From contig JAZKJH010000003.1 of NCBI GenBank assembly GCA_040384485.1, positions 71,556-135,555 on the forward strand: a stretch of DNA of 64,000 nt, in the 5' to 3' direction. Positions 63,095 through 64,000 of this stretch are shown one piece after another. The DNA comes from Patescibacteria group bacterium. GTDB taxonomy: Bacteria; Patescibacteriota; Minisyncoccia; Phycocordibacterales; DATDWN01. Position 1 is the stretch's first letter. Every line of letters begins with the position of its first letter. The position numbers and the translations under genes were made by a program. Below the pieces are notes generated by a model that did not search any database, was not told where the DNA came from, and was given only the letters and a program-made list of their open reading frames with translations.

Positions 63095-64000
63095 ATGAGA
63101 AGCTCTCTAAAAAAAGCCTGGAAACAAGCTCTTTCTTTAAAAAAGCATGGTTTTCGAAATATATCTATATTTATAATATCCTGTGGCATGGTTTTGGCTG
63201 GATTGGCTTTTGTTTGGGTTTCTACCTTTAAAATACCTTCTGTTGATACTATTGAAGCTAGAAAAGTTAGTCAGTCTACAAAAATATATGATAATACAGG
63301 GGAAATTTTGCTTTTTGATGTGTTCCAAGACACCAGACGAACGGTGGTTCCTTTTGACCAAATATCTAAATATATAAAAGACGCTACTATTTCTATTGAA
63401 GACAAGGAATTTTATGAACATAAAGGTTTTAAACCGACATCATTTTTGAGAGCGGTTTTTGTAAACACTTTAACCCAAGAATTCTCTCAGGGTGGGTCAA
63501 CTATTACTCAACAAGTTGTCAAAAACTCTATTTTGGTTGGAGATAAGACGATAACAAGAAAGTTGAAGGAAATTGTGCTTGCCTTAAAACTTGAAAAGAT
63601 AATATCTAAAGAAGAGATTTTGAATATGTATTTAAATGAAAACCCATATGGTGGAAGTATATATGGTGCGGAAGAAGCTAGTCAGTCTTTTTTTGGTAAA
63701 AGCGCTAATGAGGTCACTCTTGCCGAAGCTGCTTATCTAGCTGCCCTTCCCCAAGCCCCTTCTTTTTATTCACCTTATGGTAAAAACAAGAGCAGACTTG
63801 ATGACAGAAAAAATCTTGTGTTAAGGGAGATGTTGTCTGATGGAAAAATAAGTCAAGGTGAATATGATGCTGCTACAAAAGAAGAGGTGGTGTTTCTACC
63901 TAAATCAAGTCGTGGAATCAAAGCTCCACATTTTGTAATGTTTGTTCGGGATTATTTGGAAAAGAAATATGGAGCAGATGTTATTGAGCAAGGAGGTTTG
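63095..64000 (+). CDS. Class A penicillin-binding protein, transglycosylase part (runs off window)
   Basis: Manual translation: TM, STKIYDNTG, IEDKEFYEHKG, QGGSTITQQVVKN, RKLKE, KEEILNMYLN. Confidence 0.92.
   Translation, partial: MRSSLKKAWKQALSLKKHGFRNISIFIISCGMVLAGLAFVWVSTFKIPSVDTIEARKVSQSTKIYDNTGEILLFDVFQDTRRTVVPFDQISKYIKDATISIEDKEFYEHKGFKPTSFLRAVFVNTLTQEFSQGGSTITQQVVKNSILVGDKTITRKLKEIVLALKLEKIISKEEILNMYLNENPYGGSIYGAEEASQSFFGKSANEVTLAEAAYLAALPQAPSFYSPYGKNKSRLDDRKNLVLREMLSDGKISQGEYDAATKEEVVFLPKSSRGIKAPHFVMFVRDYLEKKYGADVIEQGGL

Noticed and set aside
63137-63421. Short ORFs 63137-63421(-) and 63183-63377(+)
   Set aside because: They overlap the PBP reading frame, which the ORF track missed because it runs off the window

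Overview
64 kb of an AT-rich chromosome, most likely from a Patescibacteria/CPR (Parcubacteria-like) bacterium; this is inferred from gene content such as a DUF5652-like protein, a short YebC, type IV pilus genes, giant surface proteins and no biosynthetic pathways. The backbone is housekeeping: ruvX, rpsT, ruvA/B/C, mutM, holA, polA, tsaE, pilB, lepA, murJ, gatB, obgE, tyrS, a class A PBP, three tRNAs, RNase P RNA and a candidate 6S RNA. Five things stand out. (1) A GC-richer island at about 2.2-8.4 kb carries an apparently complete ubiquitin-like conjugation set: JAB peptidase, E1, a Ubl ending in -GN, and a 579-aa protein with one active-looking and one dead E2-like domain. A His-rich membrane protein and a flavoprotein lie alongside. 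(2) Each tRNA is followed by a roughly 200-bp structured element containing an antisense copy and a direct repeat of that tRNA's own 3' end; two of these elements share a 29-bp motif. (3) A 25-kb cluster encodes three giant fibre/adhesin proteins with self-cleaving chaperone domains. Two of them carry N-terminal HTH domains before a TM helix, and their 3' ends are homogenised at DNA level. (4) A lone TonB-like gene is present. (5) Core genes look leaderless while accessory genes have Shine-Dalgarno sites. All calls come from motif reading by eye; no database searches were run.
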